Source of the DNA: the human T2T-CHM13v2.0 reference genome, Homo sapiens
DNA length: 64,000 nucleotides
Reading direction: 5' to 3' (one strand)
NCBI RefSeq assembly: GCF_009914755.1
Contig: NC_060926.1
The position numbers and the translations under genes were made by a program. Positions 13,340 through 26,155 of the stretch are shown here, in pieces; within the stretch, counting starts at the first letter, position 1, and the number at the start of each line of letters is the position of its first letter. The notes below the pieces were generated by a model, which worked only from the letters and a program-made list of their open reading frames with translations, had not been told where the DNA came from and did no database searches.

Positions 13340-15900
13340 CAACAACAATAGCAACAAATAATCAAAATTGGAAAAGAAGAATTAAAGCTGTCATAATTCA
13401 CTGATGAAGGATTGTGTGCAGATAAAATTCAAATTTGTCTACAGAGAAACTATTAAAATTGACATGAGAAATAGAAAATCGTTAGATTCAAGATCAATTT
13501 ATTAATTCGTAGATTCAAAAATCAATTTCATTTCTGCATAATGAAAAAAATGCTAAAAATTAACATTATAAAACAAACACACCTTTTACAAAAACATCAA
13601 AGTATCAATTATTTAAAAAAAATAGACTAAATACACTGACGTCTCCAGAATATTATTTTGAAAAATAAAAGAAAACCTAAGTAAATAGAAATTCAGTTCA
13701 AAGACTGAATGTCTCAGTACTATAAAAATGTCAATTCTTCGAAGATTAAAATATTGATTACATATAAGAAAAATCAAAATCCTAAAGTATACTCCAATTT
13801 AAATTAAGAAGCTAATCTAAATATTATATGGGAATGTCAAGGATGTAGAATGGCCACAGTGAACCTGAAGAAACACCAAAATGAGAACTTACAGTGCCTG
13901 AATACCTGGAATATAGTGTGGGTGACAGTATGGTGATGGTGAGATCAGAAGATTAAAAATTTGCGAACGTGCTTATTTTTGGAAATAATTACTATGCAGA
14001 TGTAGCCAAACCCTCTTCAACTGTGCCGCCAGAATCTCAGATTTCCAGAATTAGTTTCTCACAGTGTGATTCTTAACATGGCATCAATAATTCTCAGTCT
14101 CCCCAGTAAACGCAGCTCAGTGCATGGTGCAGCTATCCATTTGACTTCTACAAATATTTTAAATGGTAGAAAATTATATTTATTTATCCAACTAATTGAC
14201 TCAGTAACAGCTGTTCATTTGCAGAGAGGTACTCTGTTTTAATAAATAACAAAACTAAGAAAGTTAGTGAATGACCAAGTAGGAAGAGTGATAGGAACAG
14301 CTGTCTTAGCTTTGTCAAAGGCTTCCTTCCAAAAGGGATTTCACTGGTCACTTTCATTTATCACCACCAATAATTTATTATAACTTATTGTAATGTGGTT
14401 TATTGAATATTATATGAAAGTGAAAAACAGAGTAGTTGTACCAGTACTGGAAGCACTGTTTCTACTGAATACAAATAATTTTCACACTATTGTAAAGTCA
14501 AAACATCTTAAGTGCAACCACCATGAATTAGGGACTTACTGTAAGTTCAGGGAAGTAACTATAAAGAAACTCACAAATTTTAAGAAAAATAGAATATATT
14601 CCTGATAGAGGTACAGGAATATATTGTCTAAAATATACAGTTTTCCATTAAAAAATCCTGCAAAGAAACAGAAAAGTATGATCAATATTGAGGGAACAAA
14701 ACAAAACAACTGCAGCAAGAAAGCACAGTCAATGAAAGCTAATTCTGACTCGTCCTGAATATCAGCTTTAGCAAAGACTACAAAGCAATTATTATATAGA
14801 TTTTTAAATAATTATTCTTAAAACTATGATCATATAGTTTTAAAGATATAAAGAGGAAAATATAAAGACAATGACTCAGCAAATGGAAACTCTTAAAAAA
14901 TAGAAACTATGGAAAAGAATCAAGTGAGAATTCTAGAAACAAAAAGTACAATAACTCAACTGAAAAATATATTAGATAAGTCCAACATCAGTTTAAGATG
15001 GCAAAAGATTCAGTGAACTTAAAAATAGATGTACAGAAATTATTGAATCTAAATAAAGAAAGGAGTTTAAGAAAAAATGCGCAAGACTTGACAGAATTAC
15101 AGCTCAGGTTGAAAGATACCAACAAGTGTGTAAAGCGAGTCACAAAAAAGCAGAGAGAGAGAAAGTGATCAAAAAATACTTGGAATAGTAATGACAACAG
15201 CTTTTCAAAAATAATGAACCACAAAGGTAATTTAATCTATAGATGAAAGAAACTCAATGAAACGCTTTCAGGATATAATACAAGATTAATAACAAAATAC
15301 ATTATACTTAAAAATGTTGAAAGACAAAGAGAAATTTGTGAATGTGTCAGGACTAAAAGCTGACTCTACATATGGAGACACAACAATAATGCCATTGGCT
15401 AAGTTTTCATTAGGACCGAGGGAGGCTGGAAGAGATTGGAATGAGATATTTAAATACTAAAAGGAAATGAAAGAGGACAACCAGCAATTTTGTTTCTGGT
15501 GAAAATATTCTTCAGAACTAAAAATATTCCTTGATAAACAGAATAAATTCATTAATAGCAGCTCTGCCTTATAAGAAATTCAAGAGGAAATCTTTCAGAA
15601 TCACAGAAGATTACAGCAGGTGGGATTTTGAGCCCATAGTCTATAATGAAGGACTCGAAAGTAGTAAACAATAAGAATAAAGCTAGAAAAAAACACACAA
15701 TTCAATTTATATGACATTAAAGACATAAAAACCCAAATTACTGTGTTCGATGTCAGAATGACAATTACCTTGGTTGAGATGGGGAAGCAGTTACTGAAGA
15801 GGAAGGTGCATGGAGGAAGCATCAGCAGAAGGTAAATATTCTGTAGTTCCATCTGGCCAATGAATACACAAAAACTTTATTCAGTTACAATTTGAAGATG
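13340..15900 (+). mobile_element. Patchwork of old L1M fragments
   Basis: A-rich strand with L1 ORF2-like (aaattggaaaagaagaattaaagctgtcat...attcaaaaatcaat) and ORF1-like (gaattctagaaacaaaaagtacaataac) remnants. Boundaries approximate. Confidence 0.55.
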
Positions 15901-16083
15901 TGTGCCCTTTGTGCCCTCTGGGTGTTTTATCACTTAAAATAATACGTAAAAATACCAAATAGAATAGAAAATATTTATGAAAACTCAGCCTATTAAAGAC
16001 CAATGTAAAATATGCCTGGGAAAGGGAAAAATAATTAGAAACCTCTTAGAGAAACAGAAGGACATTAAAAAATATGTCCCTTC

Positions 16084-16165
16084 GGCCGGGCGCGGTGGCT
16101 CACACCTGTAATCAATCCCAGCACTTTGGGAAGCCGAGGCGGGGGGCATCATGAGGCTTAAGATC
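16084..16165 (+). mobile_element. Alu left-arm fragment, 3'-truncated
   Basis: ggccgggcgcggtggctcacacctgtaatc...gggaagccgaggcgggg...catgagg, then Alu similarity stops. Confidence 0.9.
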
Positions 16166-17839
16166 CAGGTCTGGAAGCTCGTAAAATGCTAAATTATGTA
16201 AAACACAATAAGCCAAGGATGCAGGTTGTAGTTCTCTGGGGTACTCAATTATAATAAAATAATACAGAACTAAAAAACAAATTAGGATAAAATAAATCAA
16301 CACTGTAAACAAAATATGTTGTTCCAAATATGATTGAATTTTTAGATAAAAGATTGTAAGTAAATAAATGAAATCGCATACACAAAAATAAAATCAAAAG
16401 ACAACTAAAAACAAGGAGAAACTATTCTTAATATATTAAACAAATAAACTGTTACTGTTCTAATATGAAACAACTCTATTAAAAGTTAAGATAATGGATC
16501 AAAAATCCAATAGAAAAAAGAAGAAAAGAGAACAGACAATGCATTATAAAAGATATATACATATAGCATTTAAACACAAGTAAAGTGTGTAATCTCAATA
16601 ATGAGGGAAATGCAAATTGAAACTACTTTGAGGTAGTATTATCTGGTTTAAGAAAATCCAAAAAATATTAACCATATTTTTAGGCAAGGTTATAGGGAAA
16701 CAGGATTTCTCATTAACAGCTGTGAGGATGGAAACTAATACTACCTTTTTAAGAAGGAGAATATGACAACATCTACAAAACTATCTTAATGTGTAACTTT
16801 GACCCATAATCCCATTCCTAGGAATCTCTGAAGATACACCTTCAACACTACAAAAATACATATACACAAGGTTATTCATTGGAACATTAATTGTAATGAT
16901 TTGTAAAATGTTGACACCACCCAGAATATTCATAAATAAATATTTTGTTGAAATAGCTATGGAACATTCATGCAATGGAGTATGTATCAGCTGTCAAAAG
17001 GAAGAAGGTATCTATGAATTGAAAGGAAGTTATTTCTCAGATATACAAAAAAGCAAAGTGCCAACAAATATCTATACCGTGTTACCTTCCAAGTAAGAAA
17101 GCAGAGGAGATTTAAAAACAAACAGAACCGTAAACGAAAACAACAAATTTGAGAGGATAGACAGAGTGAGGCTGGCAGGGAGTGATAAGAGGAAGGGGCT
17201 GGTAACAGGGTGAAGGGATGAGATGAGAGTGGTACAGAAGGGGTGGAAGGCGAGACGTCTCTGAGCTTACCTTTTTGTTTTTGTGAATTTATGTCTTTGG
17301 AGACTCTATTTATACTACAAATATTTGAAAATAATTGAAATCAAGAAAGATGAGAGTATCCAAATGGGCTACAAACAAGAGTAAATGAAACTAAAGGTAT
17401 TACAAATGAATTAAAAAATAACAAGGTGGTGGATATGGGAAGAAAGGACTAATATAACTATTGTTGGGACCCAGTATTTTGACTATTTCCACTAAAGCTA
17501 AAGACAGAAATATCTGTGATTCAATATTTTACTGGACTTCGTAGCTCCAATTTTTACAGGGGTATAGTTATGCATGTGCACACATATTTATCTTTATTTA
17601 TTCCAGGCAATGGCTACATGAATTTTTAAAAGTTTTATTTTGATTTTAATTGACAAATAGTAATGTATATACATACGGGGTACAATGAGATGCATACATG
17701 TATACATTGTCGAATAATCAAATCAGGTTAATTAACATAGTCCTCACCTCCAATATTTATCATTTTTTGTATTGAGAACATTGACTATACTTTGTTATTT
17801 TGAAATACAGAATATAGTATTATTAACTACAAAACCACT

Positions 17840-18360
17840 GTCATAAGGTTAACAAGAACAGTATGCCAGGTTCCAGACTGAAATATAGTTAAGCATTAAT
17901 CAGACAACATTCTGAGCAACTTCCCTTAGCTTCTCACTAATAAAAGTCAAGTTGCAATAAATACAGACCATTAACGCCCCATTGTTCCCAAATATAACAC
18001 CTTCACCATTATGAGCATAAAACCTAATCTTTGAGATATTTACCAGATCCTGAATTCCAGTAGAATAGCTGACACCAACTTGTCTAAAGACCACCCCCCT
18101 CCCAAAGAACCGAGTCAACATAAGAAAGCAGTTTCTTCACCTCCCAGTCCCATGACTTCATCCTTCATTCTTCAACCAATCTCTCTCTCCATCCAAAACC
18201 ACTTAAAATCTTTAACCCCAAAGTGCTTGGGGAGGTAGATATGAGGCTTCCTCCTGTCTTCTCATTTAATTGCCTTGGGATTAAATCTCTTTCTCTGCAG
18301 CAGCCCCCAGTGTCTTAGTGTATGCTGACTTACCATGTAATAGGCAATCAAGCCTGCCAG
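17840..18360 (+). mobile_element. ERV1-class solo LTR (MER34/MER39-like), inside an L1M fragment
   Basis: cttcacctcccagtcccatgacttca...cttaaaatctttaacccc...ggattaaatctctttctctgc motifs. Subfamily from recall. Confidence 0.45.
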
Positions 18361-19003
18361 AAATACATCTATATAATAATGTCGCCATGCTATGCAACAG
18401 ATCTCCAAAACTTAGTCCCCCTATCAGACTGACATTTTGTACCCTTTAACAATGCAGTCTCTGGTAACCAGCATTCTACTTGCTATTTCTGTGAATTTCA
18501 TTTTTTTAGATTTTTCTTCCTAAGCTTAGAACAAGGGATTGCTGTGGCCATGGCAGAAGAAGTTTGCCTCTGTATACAGAGTTTCCCTCCACTGCAAAAC
18601 TGCAGCCTCTGCCAGTTGCATCCACTGTCCTTATGAATAAACATACCTGGAAGTGTTCGTAGTATTTGCAACGAATTATACAAGATTTTGAAGCCCCCCC
18701 TCTCTTTCTCTTCCTTTTTTTTTTCTCTTTTGTGCCATCTTTAAATTTTTCATTTAGCACAATGCATGACTGTTGGGGCTCAATACATATTTGTTGCAAA
18801 AAGGGTAAAAAAAGGTGTTTCTTCTTTTCAATAGGAAAAATCGTAGTTTAAATCTCACAAGACCGTCTTCTAGTCAGACTCAAACTCACATCCACAGTCA
18901 CCTCCTGTGGATGGAGAAAACGTGAACTTTATGTGTATGTCTCCTCATACATTGAATGGTGGTCCAGATTTCCAGCTTCTCGGGATCTGTGCACACAGGC
19001 TAT

Positions 19004-19420
19004 TGTGTCCGGAGTTGGTTCCTGCTGGTGAGTCTGGCTGACTTCAAGAATGAAGCCACGGACCTTTGTGGAGAGTGTTACAGCTCTTAAAGATGGCACG
19101 GAGCGGCAGCAAGGATTACTGTGAAGAGCTAAAGGACAAAACTTCCATAGCATGGAAAGGGACCCTTGCGGGTTGCCACTGCTGGCTGGGGTGGCCAGCT
19201 TTTATTCCCTTATTGTCCCCACCCATGTTCCGCTTCTGTCCTATCAGAGTGCCCTTTTTTCAATCCTCCCCACGATTGGCTACTTTTAGAATCCTGCTGA
19301 TTGGTGCATTTTACAGAGCACTGACTGGTGCGTTTTACAGAGCGCTGATTGGTGCATTTTACAATCCTCTTGTAAGAAGTCCCCACTCCACCCAGGAAGT
19401 CCAGCTGGCCTCACCTCTCA
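19004..19420 (-). mobile_element. LTR12-family (ERV9) solo LTR, LTR12F-like
   Basis: tgtgtccggagttgg...gacttcaagaatgaagcc...tandem ctgattggtgcattttaca...cctcacctctca. 4-bp TSD CTAT at 19000-19003 and 19421-19424. Confidence 0.9.
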
Positions 19421-20360
19421 CTATCAATGACTGAAATGATCATTAGTAGCAGTGGCTTTGGTTAAATGTATACCAGTAGTTACATACAGGGTAGAAAAAT
19501 GGTCTGAAGAGGTATATTCAGCATCAAATGAAAAAATTACACCTTGTGACCCCTTTCTCTCCCTGTATGATCCCTTAAGATTGTGCTGAAACCTCGGAGC
19601 ATCAGGTCAGCCTCATATTGCTCCTTCCTAAATCTTGGTCCCTGCTCAACCTGAGCCTATGTTTGGCCATCCACGGGCATCCATGTATACAACTTTGAAG
19701 GCAAAACTCCCTGCTTGGAGTGGCTCATTCGATGACCAGGGTCCAGATAGCATTGCCAAGGAGGCTCACAGATGGCTTCATACTGAGTCTCTCCCCTCAG
19801 CCTCCCAGCATCACCGGCCCTGAAGGAATGTCCCTGTTATCCGTGGCACCCAGAGCACAGTCAGCCCTGCCCTGACTTCACTGCCCAATTCACAGCCTCA
19901 TCGCAGATTCCACTGCAAAATAGACAGTGTCAGATCTCAAAGACAGGCTGATTTGTAGTCCTGAAAAGCAACAACCCATCGTTCCCTCGATCTCTTTGGT
20001 GGAATTTCAAAGTTCGTCATAAGCTGAATTTCTGTACAAACATATTCTCTTAACAATGGAAACTATTTGCAATATGAGAAACATAAAACATGGGAAAAGT
20101 TTAAATCTCTCAAGAGCATCTTCTAGTCAGATTCATATTCAGCTTCCCTGATTCTGAACTTCCTGTCTTGCGGTCAGCTTCTTTTGGTCCATTTGTTTCA
20201 CCCTTTCCAGCTCAGATCTTCTCTCCCTGGCTACCCTTAGTCTCAGGTTGTCCTTACGTTTGATAGGCTTCTACCTTATGGATGCTGTAAGGTTATCCTC
20301 TCATTTGCTGGATTCTTGTGGGAAAAAAAATCCCTCCAAGTTCACATCCTGAGACTTCAC

Positions 20361-20632
20361 ACTCCACTCTTCCTTGGAGAGCCATCCTCCATTTCCTGCA
20401 GGTCTGGTCAGAGCCCCTTTCATAGAAATGGAAACACTTACTTGAATTGGTTTCTGCAGAAGCCAGGCCAACCTCTAAAGTGCCTGATTTATGAAGTTTC
20501 TAACAGGAAGTCTGGGGTCTCAGGCAGGTTCAGCAGCAGTGGTTCAGGGACAGATTTCATATTGAAAATCAGCAGGGTAGAGGCTGAGGACGTTGGGGTT
20601 TATTACTGCCTGCAAGGTACACAAGTGCCTCC
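20361..20632 (+). pseudogene. IGKV2D-19: Ig kappa variable 2D-19 pseudogene (no promoter or leader, FR1 truncated)
   Basis: [38 protein letters not shown]...[15 protein letters not shown]. Vk2-like, lying between 3D-20 and 2D-18. Confidence 0.88.
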
Positions 20633-20660
20633 CACAGTGGTACAACCCTGAATACAAACC
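20633..20660 (+). other. 12-RSS of IGKV2D-19 (variant nonamer)
   Basis: CACAGTG-gtacaaccctga-ATACAAACC. Confidence 0.93.
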
Positions 20661-20750
20661 TCCCTGTTTGGAGTGGCCCAGCTGCTGAAATATGTTGTTT
20701 ATCTGGGGAGTGGCACAACAGAATCTCTGCTGTATAAGATGAAGATGTTG

Positions 20751-20985
20751 GGCCGAGGTGGGCAGATCATGAGGTCAAAAGTTTGAGACCAGCCCGACCA
20801 ACATGGTGAAACCCCATCTCTACTAAAAATACAAAAATTAGCTGGACGTGGTGGTGCACGCCTGTAATCCTAGTTACTCAGGAGGCTGAGGCAGGAGAAT
20901 AGCTTGAACCCGGGAGATGGAGCCTGCAGTGAGCCAAGATCACACCACTGCACTACAGCCTGGATGACAGAGGGAGACTCCATCT

Positions 20986-21021
<36 letters not shown>
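20751..21021 (+). mobile_element. AluS, slightly 5'-truncated
   Basis: Alu body plus poly(A). 16-bp TSD aagatgaagatgttgg at 20736-20751 and 21022-21037. Confidence 0.95.
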
Positions 21022-21025
<4 letters not shown>

Positions 21026-21879
21026 TGAAGATGTTGGCGAGCTCAGGGTAACAGGTTGCAGCTGAATGACCTGTCCCATGGGGGACTCCGCAGTACATCA
21101 GGTAAAACCCATTCATGGTCCTGTCAGCTCCCACAGCCTTGGCATGGCATAAGCCAAAGGAAAACAGAGATAATTCAAGTGCCTTCAGAGTAAGCAGACA
21201 GGACTGAGGGAGAGTGGAGGGAAATCTCACACTAATCCTCCCTGCCTTGCCTACATTCGACAATGAGACTTCAAATAGCTTAATAGCCAGACAAGTAACA
21301 CAGATTCGTGTCAACATGTGTTGACTATCTCTTGAAGTTTAGGTCTTTTGTGTATATTTTTAAGAGGATAGTATTTGGTAGTATTTAGAAACTGGTATTT
21401 TTCAACTTTTCCAATTTCCTTCTTCTCCTTTTTACTAGTTCTCTTTCCATTGCAACACATAACAAATAGTGAAAAGAGCATTCTACACAAGCTGTCCTCA
21501 GGGAGAGCTGGCTGAGGACAATCATTAAAAAGCTTGAATTTGCACCTCCAAATAGACTTTTGTGACGTCATGGAAGACAGAAGATCCTGATGTTAAAACT
21601 CTTTCATTCATTTCAATTACTTCTTGCTAATAAAAAAGGATAATATTTGAAATTCCAAAAGTTGGATTTTAAAAACAAAAACTTAAACTGGAACAAGCAG
21701 ATTATAGAATTTATCTTATATGCCACTAGAATAACACAGAATAATGTGAGGTTTTTTTTTCTTTACCAAAGGGTGAGAATTTTAAAACTGTGGGCAGACT
21801 CCAGGAATGAGAACATAAAAGAGAATATAGTAGAGGCCAACTACGGTCCAATAACCTGAACTTTGTCTTGTATTTGTTG

Positions 21880-23765
21880 CAGTTGTGGATGGTATTCTGT
21901 GATGTATATGTACCACATTTTCTTTATTCTGTCTACCACTGATGGGCATTTAGTTAATTCCATGTCTTTGCTGCAGTGAACATATGTGTGCATGTGTCTT
22001 TATGGTAGAACAATTTATATTCCTTTGGGTATACACTCTGTAATAGGATTGCTGAATCAAATGGTAGTTCTGTTTAAAATTCTTTGAGGAATCTCCAAAC
22101 TGCTTTGCACCATGGCTGAACTAATTTACACTCCCACCAGCCGTGTATAAGCATTCTCCTTTCTCTGCAACCTCATCAACATTTGTTATTTTTTGACTTT
22201 TTAATAATAGCCATTCTGACTGGTGTGAGATGATACCTAATTGTGGTTTTAATTTGCGTTTTTCTAATGATTAGTGGTGTTGAGCATTTTTCATATGCTT
22301 GTTGACTATGTGCATGTTTTGTTTTAAGAAGAGTCTGTTCATGACATTTGGCCACTTTTTAATGGGGTTGTTTTTGTTTGTTGCTTGTTAATTTACGTTC
22401 ATTACAGATTCTGGTTATTGGGTCTTTGTCGGGTGCATAGTTTACAAATATTTTCTCTCATTCTGTAGGCTGTCTGTTGACGCTGTTTATAGTTTCTTTA
22501 ACTTGTGTAGAAGCTCTTTACTTTAATTAGGTCCCATTTATCAATTTTTGTTTTTGTTGCAGTTGCTTTTGGAGTTTTTGTCATGAAATTTTTACTATGG
22601 CCTTTGTCTAGAATGGTATTTCTTAGATTTTCTTCTAGTGTTTTTGAAGTTTTAGGTTTTACATTTAAGTCTTTAATCCATATTGAGTAGATTTTTGTAT
22701 ATGGTGAAAGGAAGGGGTCCAGTTTCAATCTTCTATATATGGCTGGCCAGTTATGCTAGCACCATTTATCAAATAGGGAGCCTTTTCTCTATTGCTACCT
22801 TTTGTCAACATTGTCAAGATCAGATGGTTATAATGTACAGCTTTAAGTCTGGGTTCTCTAAACTGTTACATTGATTTATGTGCCTATTTTTGTACCAGAA
22901 CCATGCAATTTTGGTTACCGTAGCCTTGTAGTATATAGTTTGAAGTCAGGTAGTGCAATGCCTCTGGTTTTGTTCATTTTTGCTTAGGACGGCTTTGTCT
23001 ATTTGGGCTCTTTTGTGGTTCCATATGAATTTTAGAATAGTTTTTCTACTTCTGTGAAAAATTTTGTTGATAGTTTGATATAAATAGCATTGAATCTGTA
23101 AATTGCTTTGGGCTATGTGATCATTTTAAGAATATTGATTCTTTCCATCCATGAGCATGAAGTATTTTTCCATTTGTTTTTGTCATCTCTGATTTCTTTC
23201 AGCAGTTTATTATAATTCTAGTTGTAGATATCTTTCAGCACCCTGGTTAACTGTATTCCTAAGTACTTTATTTTCTGTGGCTATTGTGAATGGGATTGCG
23301 TTCTTGATTTGGCTCTCAGCATAGACATTGTTGGTATATAGAAATGCTACTGATTTTTTACATTGATTTTATATCTTGAAACTTTGCTGAAGTGGTTTAT
23401 TAGATCCAGGAACATTTGGGCAGTGAAGACAGGGTTTTCTAGGTATAAATTATATCAGATGCAAAGAGAGATAGACTGACTTCCTCTCCTCCTCTGGCTA
23501 GGACTTCTAGCCCTATGTTGAATAGGAGTGGTGAGAGTAATAAGCATCCTTGTCTTGTTCTGGTTCTTAGAGGAAGTTCTTCCAGCTTTTCACCATTCAG
23601 TATGATGTTGGCTGTGGGTTTGTCATATATAGGTCTTATAATTGTGAGGTATCTTCCTTCAATGTCTAGTTTGTTCAGGGCTTTTAAAATCAAGGGATGA
23701 TGAATTTTATTTAAAGCCTTTTCTGCATCTGTTGAGATGATCATATGGTCTTTGTTTTTAGTTCC
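21880..23765 (-). mobile_element. L1 (L1PA/PB-type) ORF2 fragment with internal deletion
   Basis: Minus-strand ORFs [17 protein letters not shown]...[14 protein letters not shown] and [13 protein letters not shown]...KIDKWDLIK are L1 ORF2p. Confidence 0.92.
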
Positions 23766-24495
23766 TTTCCTCTCAGATCCTGTCCTGAAAATCTAACGAG
23801 TCCTACTAATATAATAAGAAACAAATAACCACACATGCTCCCCCACATTGTGCTGTGAGAGCTGACCCCTAGGATCTCAGACATGCAGATCATATGAGAC
23901 CTAATAAAGGGATTCTCACAAGAGATTTTCCACCTAAGAATTCTGGTGCTAGCTCTCCTCGCAGTAAAATGTTCTCTGCCTCTGGTCAAAATTGACACCA
24001 AATGATAACACAATGGAAATGTTTAGGAGAAGAAGGACAATCACACTTTTAGAAAGATAAAAGATATGCCTTATGCCTGTAACAGTTTCCTATTGCTAGG
24101 GCAACTAATTACCACAATTATACCGCATTCAGTATGATTTATTATCTATAATAAATCCTATCAAATTTATTATCTACAATTCTGGATTGAGAAGTCTTAC
24201 TGAGCTAAAATTAAGGAGTCACTAGGGCTGTATTTCTTCCGGAGGCTCCAGGGGAGAAAATCGGATTTCTTGATTTTAATCTTCAAGATACCCTCATATT
24301 CCTGGCTCCATAACTCCTTCCTCCATCATTCCAGCACATCCATGCAGGAAAAAAAAAAAAAAAAAAAAAAAGATGCGAACTTACATTTAAATCTGCGTCT
24401 CTCTAGAATTTGATCCTGGCAAGCTGGATGTAAACAAGTTTCTCTAAAAAATCAGGCTCATGAAAGGCCACAGGAGGACGGTGCACAGGCTAGAC

Positions 24496-24783
24496 TGCTG
24501 TGATTTGGCCTCTCCTAGTCTTGTGTGCGAATGTTCCCTGGAGTCCTCAGGCTCCAGTCTACTGATGCTGATACAATTTATTCCACTCCTTCTGTTGCTG
24601 AACCAGGCTGAGACAATCAGGGCCAAGTTAGATATGTAAAAAATCGGATTTCAAATCTTTGTCCAGTTTCATTAGAATCTAAAATACTTTTCCATATACG
24701 TAAGCAGTGGCTTGCCAGGAGATGAAGACTCTCCCTCCTACCAATCCCAACAGAGAAGCTGGAATCTGGGTCAGGATGATGTC
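24496..24783 (-). pseudogene. Inverted, decayed Vkappa relic
   Basis: Minus strand reads DIILTQIPASLLGLVGGRVFISWQATAYVYGKVF*ILMK... then (frameshift) [25 protein letters not shown]... and heptamer-like CACAGCA (24502-24496). Paralog of 55203-55519. Confidence 0.8.
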
Positions 24784-25002
24784 CCCATTCATTGCTTAAG
24801 CGTAAAAGAGGAAAGTGGCATTGATGGTGCACAGCAGGAACATACACCCAACAGCTCAATGACCTGACCTTTCCCCGGTGCCTCCCCCTCACCTGCTCTC
24901 CAGAAAGCCGGGGTCTAGAAGAGCAGTTCCTGAGTTCACAGGAACATGCTAGTAGGGAGTACAGCTCAGAGCATTACTGAGGGAATATGATATTGGTCTC
25001 TA

Positions 25003-25196
25003 CTGTCTCTACTAAAAATGCAAAAAATTAACCGGGCGTGGTGGCGGGCGCCTGTGGTCCCCAGCTGCTTGGGAGGCTGAGGCAGGAGAATGGCCTGAAC
25101 CCGGGAGGCGGAGCTTGCAGTGAGCCGAGATCACGGGCCACTGTACTCCAGCCTGGGCGACACAGCAAGACTCCATCTCAAAAAAAAAAAAAAAAT
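25003..25196 (+). mobile_element. AluY-like right arm
   Basis: tctctactaaaaat...ggagaatggcctgaacccgggaggcggagcttgcag...poly(A). Confidence 0.9.
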
Positions 25197-25358
25197 CTAT
25201 ATTCCATAGTTCCACCTTGACAGTGAATATACACAAATTTCATTCAGTTACACGCTTAATATTTGTGCCCTTTACTCTGGGGATTTTATCAACTAAAATC
25301 AAACTAATTTAAAAACCTAGATGCTAAAATAAATATGAAAATAATAAATAAGAATAAC

Positions 25359-25790
25359 TGGCCAGGTGTGGTGGCACATGCCTGTAATCCCAGCACTTTG
25401 GGAGGTCGAGGCAGGAGGATCACTTGAAGTCAAGAGTTTGAGACCGGCCTGGCCAATATATGAAACCCCATCTCTACTAAAAATACAAAAATTAACCAGG
25501 TATGGTGGTGCATGCCAGTAATCCCAGCTAGCTCGGGAGGCTGAGGCAAGAGAATCGCTTTAACCTGGGAGGCAGAGGTTGCAGTGAGCCGAGATCCTGA
25601 CACTGTACTCCAGTCTGGGTGACAGAGTAAGTGAAACTCTGTCTCAAAATATATACATATATATTTATACACAAAATAATATATATTTTTATATATAGAT
25701 ATATATATCAAAAATATATATATATTTATACATATATACATATGTGTATATATATGTATGTGTGTGTGTATATATATAATAAAATTAAAC
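25359..25790 (+). mobile_element. AluS with (TA)n-expanded tail
   Basis: Alu body 25359-25650, TA-rich tail. TSD aaataagaataac on both sides. Confidence 0.92.
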
Positions 25791-26048
25791 AAATAAGAAT
25801 AACCAAATATTTATGGAAACTCAGCCTATTAAAGACAAGTGTAAAATGTGTCTGGGAAAGTGAAAACAATGTAGAAATCTCTTAGAGGAAATAGAAGAAC
25901 ATGATTAAATATGTCCCTTTTTCCACTCAGGCAGCACAAACTTTATTAGGTTCCCTCCAAACACAGAGGACACATTATGTCACTGTGCTCACACTAGATG
26001 TCCCCATACTCTCCTTGGCTCTTTCCACCCCACTGCACCCACCAGGGG

Positions 26049-26100
26049 ATTTGCATACTGTCCCCTAGGGAGGACCTTCCATTGTGAGTCTGAGATAAAA
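26049..26100 (+). promoter_or_regulatory. IGKV2D-18 promoter (octamer, TATA-like)
   Basis: ATTTGCAT 26049-26056; GATAAAA 26094-26100. Confidence 0.88.
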
Positions 26101-26155
26101 GCTCAGCTGTAACCTTGCCTTGACTGATCAGAACTCCTCAGCTCACCTTCTCACA

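Noticed and set aside
14060-14098. Isolated CACAGTG heptamer (another near 39164)
   Set aside because: No nonamer at 12 or 23 spacing and no V-like sequence; expected by chance.
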